Assembly: GCA_041660605.1 (NCBI GenBank)
Contig: JBAZWB010000003.1
Coordinates: 82,680 to 146,679, forward strand
Length of the DNA: 64,000 nucleotides
Source: Patescibacteria group bacterium
GTDB lineage: Bacteria; Patescibacteriota; Patescibacteriia; UBA10025; JAHIVO01
Direction: 5' to 3'
Shown here piece by piece: positions 49,650 through 58,790 of the stretch; within the stretch, counting starts at the first letter, position 1; every line of letters begins with the position of its first letter. Under the pieces are notes generated by a model. That model saw only the letters and a program-made list of their open reading frames with translations. It ran no database searches and was not told where the DNA came from. Made by a program: the position numbers and the translations under genes.

Positions 49650-49910
49650 ATGCATATTACGCCATTTATATTTTTAATCGTCTATTTAATAGGAGTAGCG
49701 CTTTTTGTTTTATTATTTATTTTGAATGTCTATCACATCTTGCGATATAGCCATTTGAGCGCGCCGACGATTATCACCACCTTTGTTTTTTTGGGCCTGA
49801 TAGTCGGCATTGTCGCCGGCACTATGGTCATGCTCGATCAAGTCAAATGGCAGGAGCCGATAAATTTTTCCCTGCCTTTTGTAAATTCCGCCAATGATCA
49901 ACTTAAATAA
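49650..49910 (+). CDS. 2-TM hypothetical protein
   Basis: Hydrophobic hairpin, NVYHILRY. Confidence 0.65.
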   Translation: MHITPFIFLIVYLIGVALFVLLFILNVYHILRYSHLSAPTIITTFVFLGLIVGIVAGTMVMLDQVKWQEPINFSLPFVNSANDQLK

Positions 49911-50508
49911 ATTTTATTTTCCTGGCAAGGAGCCGAATGAGCAGGTGATGATGGCCCTGCGCCGGCACCCGGTGGTTATAATTAAGAAAATCATTGACTT
50001 AATATTTATCGGCTTGATACCTATTTTGCTTTATCTGGCGGCGAATATTTATACTGATTGGCTGGATAACCACGCTAGCCTTTTGTATGTATTAGTTGTT
50101 TTGTTTGCCAGCCTGGTTATGCTCTTTGCCACTGTCATGATTTACTATGCCTGGATGGATTATTATCTGGACATCTGGATCATTACTGACCAAAGGATTA
50201 TCGCGGCTGAACAGAAAGGCCTTTTTAACAGGTCGGTTTCCGAGCTGCGCATGCACCAGATACAGGATGTCAGCAGCGAGGTGAAGGGTCTGCTGCCGAC
50301 TTTGCTGAAGTACGGCAGTATCCATGTGCAGACAGCGGCCGAGCAGGATAAATTTAATTTCCGTCAGGTAAAAAATCCGGAAATAGTGGCCAGGGCTATA
50401 CTCGAACTGCATGAAAAGTACATCAGTTTGAATAAAACCGCAGGCAGCGCAAGTCCAACCATTCCGCCGAAGCCAGCGGCAGATAATTTACCGCCGGCGG
50501 GAAAATGA
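49894..50508 (+). CDS. Bacterial PH-domain membrane protein
   Basis: WIITDQRII, QKGLF, IQDVS, YGSIHVQTA. Confidence 0.85.
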   Translation: MINLNKFYFPGKEPNEQVMMALRRHPVVIIKKIIDLIFIGLIPILLYLAANIYTDWLDNHASLLYVLVVLFASLVMLFATVMIYYAWMDYYLDIWIITDQRIIAAEQKGLFNRSVSELRMHQIQDVSSEVKGLLPTLLKYGSIHVQTAAEQDKFNFRQVKNPEIVARAILELHEKYISLNKTAGSASPTIPPKPAADNLPPAGK

Positions 50509-51581
50509 AACGGGAATTATTTGATTATCATCTGCCGGCAAAATTAATCGCCCAAACGCCCATCAGCCCCCGCGACAGCTCGCGACTGCTGGTTTATGAT
50601 CGCCAAACGGAAAAAATCAGGCACGACTTTTTTTATAATCTGCAAAAATATTTAACGTCCGGGGATATTTTAGTTTTTAATGATACCAAGGTTTTCCCGG
50701 CGCGCCTTTGGGGGCGGAAAATTACCGGTGGCCGTATGGAAATTTTTTTATTGAAGCCTCTACGCGGCCAGGTTTGGGAAGCGTTGGTTGGCGGCAAAGC
50801 CAGACGGGCCGGTTTAATTATTAAATTTTCCCATGGGCTGGAATGCACCACGGTTAAAAAGCTTGAAGGCGGAATTTGGCAGGTACGGTTTAATAAGACT
50901 AGGCAGGCGGTTTATAAAATCGCCGATCAGATCGGCTCAACGCCGACCCCGCCGTACGTAAAAAAACTGGCCAAGCTTTCCGATTATCAGACGGTTTATG
51001 CCAGCAAAGTCGGATCAGTGGCCGCGCCCACGGCGGGTTTTCATTTCACCAAACGGTTGTTGGCGCGTTTGAAAAATCTTGGCGTACAGTTTGAATACGT
51101 AACACTGCATGTTGGTTATGGCACTTTCCAGCCGGTGAAAGTTAAAGATATAGAAAAGCATCAGATACACGTGGAATATGCAGAGGCGGATTTGGCTACG
51201 CTAAAACGATTGATTAAAGCAAAGCAAGAGGGCCGGCGCGTTATTGCCGTGGGCACTACGACGGTTCGGGTGCTGGAGACGGTATTTCAGAATAAAAAGT
51301 TTAGCCGCGGAGCCCTCGCTCTGCGGCGGGATTTGGTTAGAGCGAGGGCTCTAACCTCCCCGCAGGGAGGGTTCAAGAGCTGGATTAACACTTTTATTTA
51401 TCCGGGTTATAAATTTAAAATGGTTGACGCCATGATTACCAATTTTCATTTGCCGCAGTCTTCGTTGTTAATGTTGGTCTCGGCTTTTGCCGGTAGGCAG
51501 CAGGTATTAAAAATATACAATAAGGCCGTCCAAGAAAAATACCGTTTTTACAGTTTTGGGGATGGGATGCTGATTGTGTAA
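50505..51581 (+). CDS. queA: SAM:tRNA ribosyltransferase-isomerase
   Basis: FDYHLP, NDTKV, PPY, YQTVYA, AAPTAG, LHVG, TNFHLP, YSFGD. Confidence 0.96.
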   Translation: MKRELFDYHLPAKLIAQTPISPRDSSRLLVYDRQTEKIRHDFFYNLQKYLTSGDILVFNDTKVFPARLWGRKITGGRMEIFLLKPLRGQVWEALVGGKARRAGLIIKFSHGLECTTVKKLEGGIWQVRFNKTRQAVYKIADQIGSTPTPPYVKKLAKLSDYQTVYASKVGSVAAPTAGFHFTKRLLARLKNLGVQFEYVTLHVGYGTFQPVKVKDIEKHQIHVEYAEADLATLKRLIKAKQEGRRVIAVGTTTVRVLETVFQNKKFSRGALALRRDLVRARALTSPQGGFKSWINTFIYPGYKFKMVDAMITNFHLPQSSLLMLVSAFAGRQQVLKIYNKAVQEKYRFYSFGDGMLIV

Positions 51582-51597
51582 AACACTGCAGATTATC

Positions 51598-51656
51598 GGG
51601 TAGTCGAGGCGTTTCTGCCTCGACTGTCAGCCAAGGCATAAAAGCCTTGGCTACCC
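51598..51656. repeat. REP-like double hairpin (GTAG type)
   Basis: gggtag-tcgaggc..gcctcga-..agccaaggc..gccttggct-accc. Confidence 0.7.
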
Positions 51657-52018
51657 TTAGTAAAAAGTGGGTTTAAAAACTAGCAACCTTCCCACCAGAG
51701 GCAGACATGCGTGGCCTCGCGATTATTTATTATATTATTTAAGAAAATTAACCATTGACAAATATTTGGCAAATGCGCTAGGGTTAGATATAATTTCTTA
51801 TATGGATCGATCTTTGATTTTGAATATTTCGTGCAATCATGTAGCTATTGGCTTTGAATGGAATCAATTTACAGCGCAATACTGCACTGCGCATTTATCC
51901 TAACATAGGAGGTGGGAAATGTTGAACACTCTAATGAGTGCAGGCACAATAGCTCATGCTAAAGCGCGAATTTTATTCTTTGACGAAACCGTAAAACAGG
52001 AAAGGAGAGCATCTAATC

Positions 52019-52867
52019 ATGCTCAAAAAAGTCTTTTTTGCGGCTATCGTATTCTTTTTCATGGCACCAGTGATGGTGATGGGATGTCCTGCAGGCTCAT
52101 CTGCTGCGCAGGTTCAGCTGACGAACGACGTGTCGCCGCCTTCCCAGATTACAGGCGCTATGATTCAATACGATCCCGGTCTCGACGCTAGCAATCCGAT
52201 GAACACAATCGCATCGAACGCTGGCTTTCAGTCGTCTTCGCCGCCAACCGCGTACCTGGTTGACGTGAAGAACGGCGCGCTGTCCGACAATTCATCCGGT
52301 GTGGTGAATGAGGACGATATTATAGTGGTTAACGACAATTTGATTCTGGCTTCGGCTATTTCGCCGCCGATCACATTTACGATGACGATGAATACGCCGA
52401 ACGCCAAGATCGCCCGCCCGCCGTCTATGATCTCGCAGCAGGAAATGAACGCGGAAAATATGACGGCCAATAGTCACCCACTGTCAATCAATTCGCAGAT
52501 GAACAGCGCGAATTTCGACGGAACGGTGGCTGACGCCTCGACTGGCTGCTTCCAAAATGGTCAGAGCGCGGCGAATTGTAAGATGACAATGGCCACGACC
52601 AGTTCGCCCCCCGGGCCTTCCGCTCAGAGCGTGACGAATGTTGTCGTGGCAAAGAAGTTACTGCTTATTAAGTCCCGGCCGATTACCAGCGAGGTTGCGA
52701 ATACCATGAAGTGTCCCGACTTTGCCGACCCGGTTATGGGGTATGTCACCAGCGACACACAAGACGCTGTGCAGGTGACTCTCAATCCTAAGTGGAATGA
52801 TGTATCGACCCGGAAGTTGTCGCCGTTCGCGAGTACTGATGTGGTAACTAGCGTGACGGTAACATAG
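52019..52867 (+). CDS. Secreted low-complexity protein with recurring SPP motifs
   Basis: Signal peptide; SD AAGGAG; strong terminator at 52960-52998. Confidence 0.65.
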   Translation: MLKKVFFAAIVFFFMAPVMVMGCPAGSSAAQVQLTNDVSPPSQITGAMIQYDPGLDASNPMNTIASNAGFQSSSPPTAYLVDVKNGALSDNSSGVVNEDDIIVVNDNLILASAISPPITFTMTMNTPNAKIARPPSMISQQEMNAENMTANSHPLSINSQMNSANFDGTVADASTGCFQNGQSAANCKMTMATTSSPPGPSAQSVTNVVVAKKLLLIKSRPITSEVANTMKCPDFADPVMGYVTSDTQDAVQVTLNPKWNDVSTRKLSPFASTDVVTSVTVT

Positions 52868-53053
52868 CAGATCTTCGTATGGAAGGTTGTTCATAGTAAT
52901 GTCCTTCCAAAAAACTTTTTCTAGCATTCAGTGAGAATGCGAAAGAAAGTTACAAACAAGCCGGTGGTTGCGTTTAGCGACCGCCGGCGATTTTTTTTAT
53001 ATTCTGACAATTTTATTTAATCATTTTTTTAATGTCTTGTCACCGGCCAGAGC

Positions 53054-53081
53054 TTGACAAAAAAGCTCATGCGAGTATAAT
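53054..53081 (+). promoter_or_regulatory. Consensus sigma70 promoter
   Basis: TTGACA-16-TATAAT, followed by GGAGG and a short ORF at 53138-53278. Confidence 0.6.
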
Positions 53082-53407
53082 ATAGTTTCAAACTTTTTTA
53101 ATATCAATTTTCAATACTTCTGGAGGGATTGCACATTATGGCCAAAAAACGAACGTCCAACTATAAAATTCCGCACAAAACTGCTTGGCAACTGTACTCG
53201 TTGCAAAAACTGAATACTACGAAATTTATCAAAGTCGTCAATTTGATACTTCGACAAGAGCATCAGTGTATAAAGTAGTTTTCCGGGTTTGTCTGGACTT
53301 CACCAATTCAAAACCTCCCGAGGGATGCTATCTCTCAGGCGGTTTTTTATTAAAAAAAAGGAACGACTTGCGTCGTTCCAGCTGAAGTATCGGGTAGATT
53401 TCAGCGG

Positions 53408-53956
53408 TCAGGGTAGTTCGGGTATGTCCGGCTTTTTTGCGTGGCCACTTCCGAAAAGGTGCTTGAAGAATCCGCGGCTGGCCTCATGCTTGTAGTAGGC
53501 GTACCAGGGCATCAGATTGGTGACCAGGGTATCGCGTACTGAGATCTCCTCCTGCAATTGCGAGATCTGATTGTCAGCGAATTGGATTTTAGCTTTTTGT
53601 TCGCCTAACTCTTCCCAACACTTTGGTAATTGGGCACTGACGGCCTTGAGGCTATCAACGTCCGCCATCAGCTTGGCAGTCTTTGCCTTTTCAGCCTTGA
53701 GCGCCTTTGTTTTGGCAGCCAGGCTAGGTTCGAGTTTGGCAATCTGCTGTCTGGCGGTGTCGAGCTGGTTTAGCGCTGCGTTACGCTCATCTAGAGCTTT
53801 ACTGTACAAAGCTCCTGTCTCATTGCGTTCAGTCCTTAAGGAGTTGATCAACTCTTGGGCAGTTGAGAGCTGAATTTTCAGATCAGCCTCTTTGTTTGCG
53901 CAGCCAGCGAATGTAAGGGTGACCGCCACCATTAATAAAAGTGCATACCGGTACAT
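53408..53956 (-). CDS. Lipoprotein-signal coiled-coil protein
   Basis: Lipobox FAGC; heptad pattern; SD GGAGG. Confidence 0.75.
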   Translation of the reverse strand: MYRYALLLMVAVTLTFAGCANKEADLKIQLSTAQELINSLRTERNETGALYSKALDERNAALNQLDTARQQIAKLEPSLAAKTKALKAEKAKTAKLMADVDSLKAVSAQLPKCWEELGEQKAKIQFADNQISQLQEEISVRDTLVTNLMPWYAYYKHEASRGFFKHLFGSGHAKKPDIPELP

Positions 53957-54094
53957 GATGAACCTCCATTAGGTTAAAGTTGGTATTTTTGCAACATTTC
54001 TTATCTCAAGTAAGTAAATAAGCTTAGCTAAATTTAGCGAATAAGTCAATAAAAAATCAGCAGTCTTTTTCTGGGACGGTTATATTTAACTTTA

Positions 54095-54337
54095 TTAGTT
54101 AAGCAAAGTTTTAATTCTGCTGGCCTGGGCAGCCCCGCCTACGCTAAAGCTCCGACGGGGCGGTAAGATAGTGGAAGGCTTATAACCGAAAAATTTCGTT
54201 TTTAGTTTAGTAGTGTTTTAATTCTACTTGCCTGCGCCGTCCCGCTAGTCAGCGGGACTGCTTGATTAAAAAACGCTTACATTCTGAAAAAGCCGTGGTT
54301 AGTTTAATAAAGTTTTGATTCTGCTAGCTTGGGCAGC
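54095..54337 (-). repeat. Three copies of the same 13-codon gene end
   Basis: 54299-54337, 54202-54240 and 54095-54133 all encode (A/T)AQASRIKTLLN* with different synonymous codons. Confidence 0.9.
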
Positions 54338-54967
54338 AAACGCGCCCCAGTAATTCTTGTCGCGCTTGGCCTGCAGTTCGCCGGCTATTTCCTCCCAGTC
54401 GTGTGCGGAGACGCGCACCAGCTTGAATTTTTCCGGATCAATAATTTTCATATAAGAGGCCAGCTTGGTAAATTTACCCGTGATGTCCTGCTGCCGATAG
54501 TCATTGAGCTTGCCTATAATGCCCTCCCAGGCCTGGTCTTCAATTTTCAATCGGGAGAATCTTTGCGGATCAATAATTTTCATATGGTGGGCGTGCGAGG
54601 CAAAATGTTCCCAGTTGCTCTGGGTAATGGCTGTTTTCAGGATGCCAATCATTTTTTCCCAATGCCGGTCAGTCACTTCAATGTCCTGGGCGCGCACCGG
54701 GTCAATCAGCTTCATCCGCGCCAGCCGTGCGGCAAAGGCATCCCAGTTTTCCTGGTTATGATAATTTTCCAGCTCACGGCCCATGCCCAGCCATTCGTTG
54801 TCCGTGATGAGGATGCCTCTGAACTGTTCCGGATCAATCACCGCCATACGCGCGGCGTGCCAGGTATAATCCCGCCAGAATTTACCCAGTGAATAATTGC
54901 GCAGCTCGTCTTTCATATTCTGCCAGTCGGATTCGATAACTTCAATGTTTGGGCCGATTATCGTCAT
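54299..54967 (-). CDS. Tandem-repeat protein (5 x about 44 aa)
   Basis: Repeats of I.v...W..m...L.......W..fa..a..mk.IDP. Confidence 0.8.
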   Translation of the reverse strand: MTIIGPNIEVIESDWQNMKDELRNYSLGKFWRDYTWHAARMAVIDPEQFRGILITDNEWLGMGRELENYHNQENWDAFAARLARMKLIDPVRAQDIEVTDRHWEKMIGILKTAITQSNWEHFASHAHHMKIIDPQRFSRLKIEDQAWEGIIGKLNDYRQQDITGKFTKLASYMKIIDPEKFKLVRVSAHDWEEIAGELQAKRDKNYWGAFAAQASRIKTLLN

Positions 54968-55040
54968 GTCTATATTATACTAAAAAACAGCGCTAATTAA
55001 CATCAGAAGTGTTGAGGGCTTTAATAAGTCTTATAACTTT

Positions 55041-55105
55041 TGTCACTCTGAGCCCTTCGGCAAAGGCAGGTCATCCCGCCTTCAGCGGGACTCCTCAGAA
55101 TGACA
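55041..55105. repeat. REP-like palindrome
   Basis: tgtcactctgag...ctcagaatgaca with internal tcccgccttcagcggga. Confidence 0.7.
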
Positions 55106-55132
55106 GTAAAAACATCCAGGCTTAATAATTTT

Positions 55133-57079
55133 TTAGTAGATTTTTTCTACCTTAGTTCCAGTATAGTAGTGCTTTAATATCCAGTCATACGTTTTCTCTT
55201 CTTCAGTCGCATACCCTCTGGCACCCTGGGCGGATAAACCAACCATGTGGTTGCCTGAGAGCGTGTTCCAATTGGAAATTTTTCCGTACGGATCGACAAC
55301 CGAGACCAGCCAGGGGAAGCCGGAGCCTTTCCAGACCTCTGTCCATGATCTGGTGCGGCCGTCAGTGCCGGAGGAGTAAGCGGCCACGGCAATGCCCAGC
55401 GGGTTCACCTGGCTGATGGCGTCCGGATGGGTGATGACAATGCCCTGCGTGGCCACAACTGCTTGTATCGGGTCAATTGATCTTGATTCAAACCCGTAGC
55501 CGCGGTAAACCTGGTCGGTGGTGGCATTGATGTCATAAAAGTTATCCGGGTGCTTGCCGCCGCGAATTTCGTGCCAGAGCGCGTAGGAGCGGGCAGCGGT
55601 AATCAGAGCTTTCAGATATTCTTCCGGCTGTTCGTTGGATACTTCAGCCAGGCCTTTTAAATATGATTCAATGGGCAATTCATTAATCACCCACATTTCT
55701 TTTGTTTCAGCGGAATAGCGGATCTCAATTGTGCCGCGGAATTTATTGTCGTTTAAACTTTTGTTCCACACCGGTGCATTATCAAAACTGGTAATTTCCA
55801 TAATGGTATTGACTGACTGGGGCACCAGTCGCACGTAAGTGTCATCTGAATAATTAATGGTAGTTGTTTGTGAAGCTGATTTCAGGCTTTCGTCGCCGGT
55901 GGTCATTTCAATAACTTTATATTTTCCGTCAGCGGTAATTGTTACCGGATCGGCTGTTTCGTACAAACCGATTCTGACGTTTGGTTCGTCAGTAATCAAA
56001 TTATCAGCAGTTTGCTCCGGCGGGTTGCCAACTTTGAACTGCATGGTAAATTCCCCGCCCGGAATCCACATGAGATTCTCGGCTACCAGGGCGAATTTTT
56101 CTGTATAATATCCCTCAACATTCGGAGCCTGCAGGGCAAAGCGGAACCGTCCGCCTTCTCCGGGGTAGATGCGCGTCTGCAGCAGCCTGGTGGGCCGATA
56201 ATAATATTCGCTCCAGAAATCGTGCTTGAAATCGCTGACGCGTCCGATCGGATCGGTGACGTTAAGGGCGACAAAATGTCCATTATTATTGTACCAATTT
56301 TTCAGTCCGGTATTTTTGAAATCAACCCAAAAAGTAAAAGCCTGCCCCGGCTTTACGGATATCACACCGCCATTACTGCGTTCTATTTCCTGCGCCTGAT
56401 AATCGGGAATTTTATTTACTTTTTCGCCAACACCGATGTTGATTTCAAAATATCCGCCTTCGATCCAGGTCAGATTTTCAGAGACCAGGTTAAACTTTTC
56501 CAGATAAAGGCCGGTCTCCTGCGGCGCTTGCAGGGCGAAACGAAAGCGACCGGTCTGGCCGGGCTTCACTTCGCTTTGCAAAAGCCGTCCTGGGCGGTAG
56601 TAGTACTGGCTCCAGAAGGGATGCTGGAATGGGCTATGCCGGCCAGCCGGGCCAGTGAGATTGACGGCGACGAAATTATTTCCGCTGTTGTGCCAGGTGG
56701 ATGCGCCGGTATTTAAAAAATCAATCCAGAACGTTACTGCTTGTCCTGGATTTAAATTTATTGTTGAATTGCTTCTGTCTATCTCCTGCGCCTGGTAATT
56801 CGGCCCGGAGTTGGCCGCCTGGGTGAAGATGCCCAGCACCTTGGGATTAAAATTTTCCTGGGCAGGCACTGGCATCGGTCCGTAGCTGCCGATATAGCCG
56901 GCGGTCAGATAGTCGGAGATCTGTGTTTTGCCGGATGAAGCATAGCTGGTCGGTATGCCGATAAAATCAGTAGCCTTCGTTTCCGCATTAAAATTCTGCT
57001 CAATATATGCCGGGACAAAAGGTATCAGCATGAGCATCATTACTACAGCAAAAAGCGCTGTGTAGCTCTTTTTTTGCAT
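55133..57079 (-). CDS. SpoIID/LytB-domain protein with two Ig-like repeats
   Basis: INELPIESYLKGLAE, ARSYA, TTDQVYRG, NHMVGLSAQGA, ILKHYY; duplicated NTG..W...FRFALQAP module. Confidence 0.88.
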   Translation of the reverse strand: MQKKSYTALFAVVMMLMLIPFVPAYIEQNFNAETKATDFIGIPTSYASSGKTQISDYLTAGYIGSYGPMPVPAQENFNPKVLGIFTQAANSGPNYQAQEIDRSNSTINLNPGQAVTFWIDFLNTGASTWHNSGNNFVAVNLTGPAGRHSPFQHPFWSQYYYRPGRLLQSEVKPGQTGRFRFALQAPQETGLYLEKFNLVSENLTWIEGGYFEINIGVGEKVNKIPDYQAQEIERSNGGVISVKPGQAFTFWVDFKNTGLKNWYNNNGHFVALNVTDPIGRVSDFKHDFWSEYYYRPTRLLQTRIYPGEGGRFRFALQAPNVEGYYTEKFALVAENLMWIPGGEFTMQFKVGNPPEQTADNLITDEPNVRIGLYETADPVTITADGKYKVIEMTTGDESLKSASQTTTINYSDDTYVRLVPQSVNTIMEITSFDNAPVWNKSLNDNKFRGTIEIRYSAETKEMWVINELPIESYLKGLAEVSNEQPEEYLKALITAARSYALWHEIRGGKHPDNFYDINATTDQVYRGYGFESRSIDPIQAVVATQGIVITHPDAISQVNPLGIAVAAYSSGTDGRTRSWTEVWKGSGFPWLVSVVDPYGKISNWNTLSGNHMVGLSAQGARGYATEEEKTYDWILKHYYTGTKVEKIY

Positions 57080-57372
57080 AATTTTTATTGTTTATTTTTG
57101 TTTTTGGACAGAAAAGCAGGCTTATTGTTCCCGCGATAAGTACAAAAGCCAGATTAGCTATTTTGGTTAAAGTGGTTTTTGTATTTATTTACCTCAATGT
57201 ATTCAGTGAGCTCCGTTTATAATCTTGGGAGCTTATTTTTGATTTTTATTTTGGATTTTTCTGTCTCTATTGATAATATTAGCACAATTTTTACCGTTTG
57301 TCAATCTCTTTATTACGTGTTACGATTACTTTGGTTTTTTAGATCTGGCTATTGATATTCAGTCTTTTTTTT

Positions 57373-58788
57373 ATGTCTTACACGCGTAAAATTGCGCATA
57401 ATACCATCATACAGATAGCTGGCAAAGCTATTAGCACCGTTATAGGGATGGTGGTCATCGGTATGCTGACGCGCTATTTGGGGGAGAGCGGTTTTGGACA
57501 GTATTATACGATTATGATTTTCCTGCAGCTTTTTGGCGTGCTAGTTGATTTGGGCTTGTATATTATTTTGGTAAAGAGGATTTCCGAACCGGGAGTTGAT
57601 GAATCCCGGTTGACCAGCAATATTTTTACCTTGCGTCTGATTTCTGCGGTTTTATTTCTTGGTCTCGCTCCGGTCATTGTGCTGTTTTTTCCTTATGCCG
57701 CTATCGTCAAGGTGGGCGTTTTAATCACTAGCTTTTCATTTTTAGCTATTACTTTAAACCAAGCACTGTCTGGAGTTTTTCAGAAGCATTTGCGTATGGA
57801 CAGAGTGGTGATTTCCGAATTAGTCGGTCGCGTAGTTTTGATAGGATTTACCTGGTATGCAATCAGCGCCAATCTTGGCTTGCTGGCTGTTATGGCCGCA
57901 GTGGTGGCTGGCAGTATAGCTAATTTTTTGTTAACTTTCATTTTTGTCAGACAGCTAGTCAAGATAAAGTTAGCTTTTGACTGGCGGCTGTGGCGGGAAA
58001 TAATTTATCAAGCCTGGCCGATCGCCTTGTCTATAGCTTTCAATCTTATTTATTTAAGGGGTGACGCAATAATATTATCTCTTTACCATCATGAAACGGC
58101 AGTGGGTATCTATGGCGCTCCCAATAAAGTACTGGAGGTTTTAGTGACTTTTCCGGCCATGTTTGCCGGACTGGTTTTGCCCTTACTGACAGCTGCCTGG
58201 GCACTGGCTGACCGGGAAAAGTTTAAACGCATTCTTAATAAGTCTTTTGACGCCATGATTATTTTGGCAGTACCTTTGATGGTGGGTACCTGGTTTGTGG
58301 CTAAGCCGATCATGAATCTACTCGCCCCGAATTTTCATCAGGCCGATGCCTTACTGCGAATATTAATTATCGCCACCAGTATAATATTTGTTGGTAACCT
58401 GTTCGGCAATACCGTCGTTGCGCTCAATCGCCAAAAAAGCATGATGTGGCTATATCTTTTGGTAGCAATTTTTTCCTTGATTGGCTATTTTGTATTTATT
58501 CCGCGCTATTCGTATTTTGGCGCAGCCTGGGTGCGCACAGCTTCGGAGCTGGCCATCACCATTGCAGCCAGCTGGCTAGTTTTGAGAATTACGCGAGTGA
58601 GATTGGATTTAAAGGTTTTTCTTAAAGTAATTTTGGCCAGTGGATTGATGGCACTAGCGATGTATTGGCTGAGGTCAATTAATTTTATATTATTAATATT
58701 AGTCGGCTGCGCAGTTTACCTTTTAGCGCTCCTGGCCTTCAGGGTTGTTAATCGGGAAACCCTCCGGGAAATTACCCGAATAAATTAG
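57373..58788 (+). CDS. Polysaccharide flippase (Wzx/MOP)
   Basis: LTRYLG..GFGQY, DLGL, VGIYG; many TMs. Confidence 0.88.
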   Translation: MSYTRKIAHNTIIQIAGKAISTVIGMVVIGMLTRYLGESGFGQYYTIMIFLQLFGVLVDLGLYIILVKRISEPGVDESRLTSNIFTLRLISAVLFLGLAPVIVLFFPYAAIVKVGVLITSFSFLAITLNQALSGVFQKHLRMDRVVISELVGRVVLIGFTWYAISANLGLLAVMAAVVAGSIANFLLTFIFVRQLVKIKLAFDWRLWREIIYQAWPIALSIAFNLIYLRGDAIILSLYHHETAVGIYGAPNKVLEVLVTFPAMFAGLVLPLLTAAWALADREKFKRILNKSFDAMIILAVPLMVGTWFVAKPIMNLLAPNFHQADALLRILIIATSIIFVGNLFGNTVVALNRQKSMMWLYLLVAIFSLIGYFVFIPRYSYFGAAWVRTASELAITIAASWLVLRITRVRLDLKVFLKVILASGLMALAMYWLRSINFILLILVGCAVYLLALLAFRVVNRETLREITRIN

Positions 58789-58790
58789 TT

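Noticed and set aside
54095-54337. CRISPR-like 39-bp repeats
   Set aside because: Copies differ at synonymous positions and equal a gene end; spacers are hairpin elements
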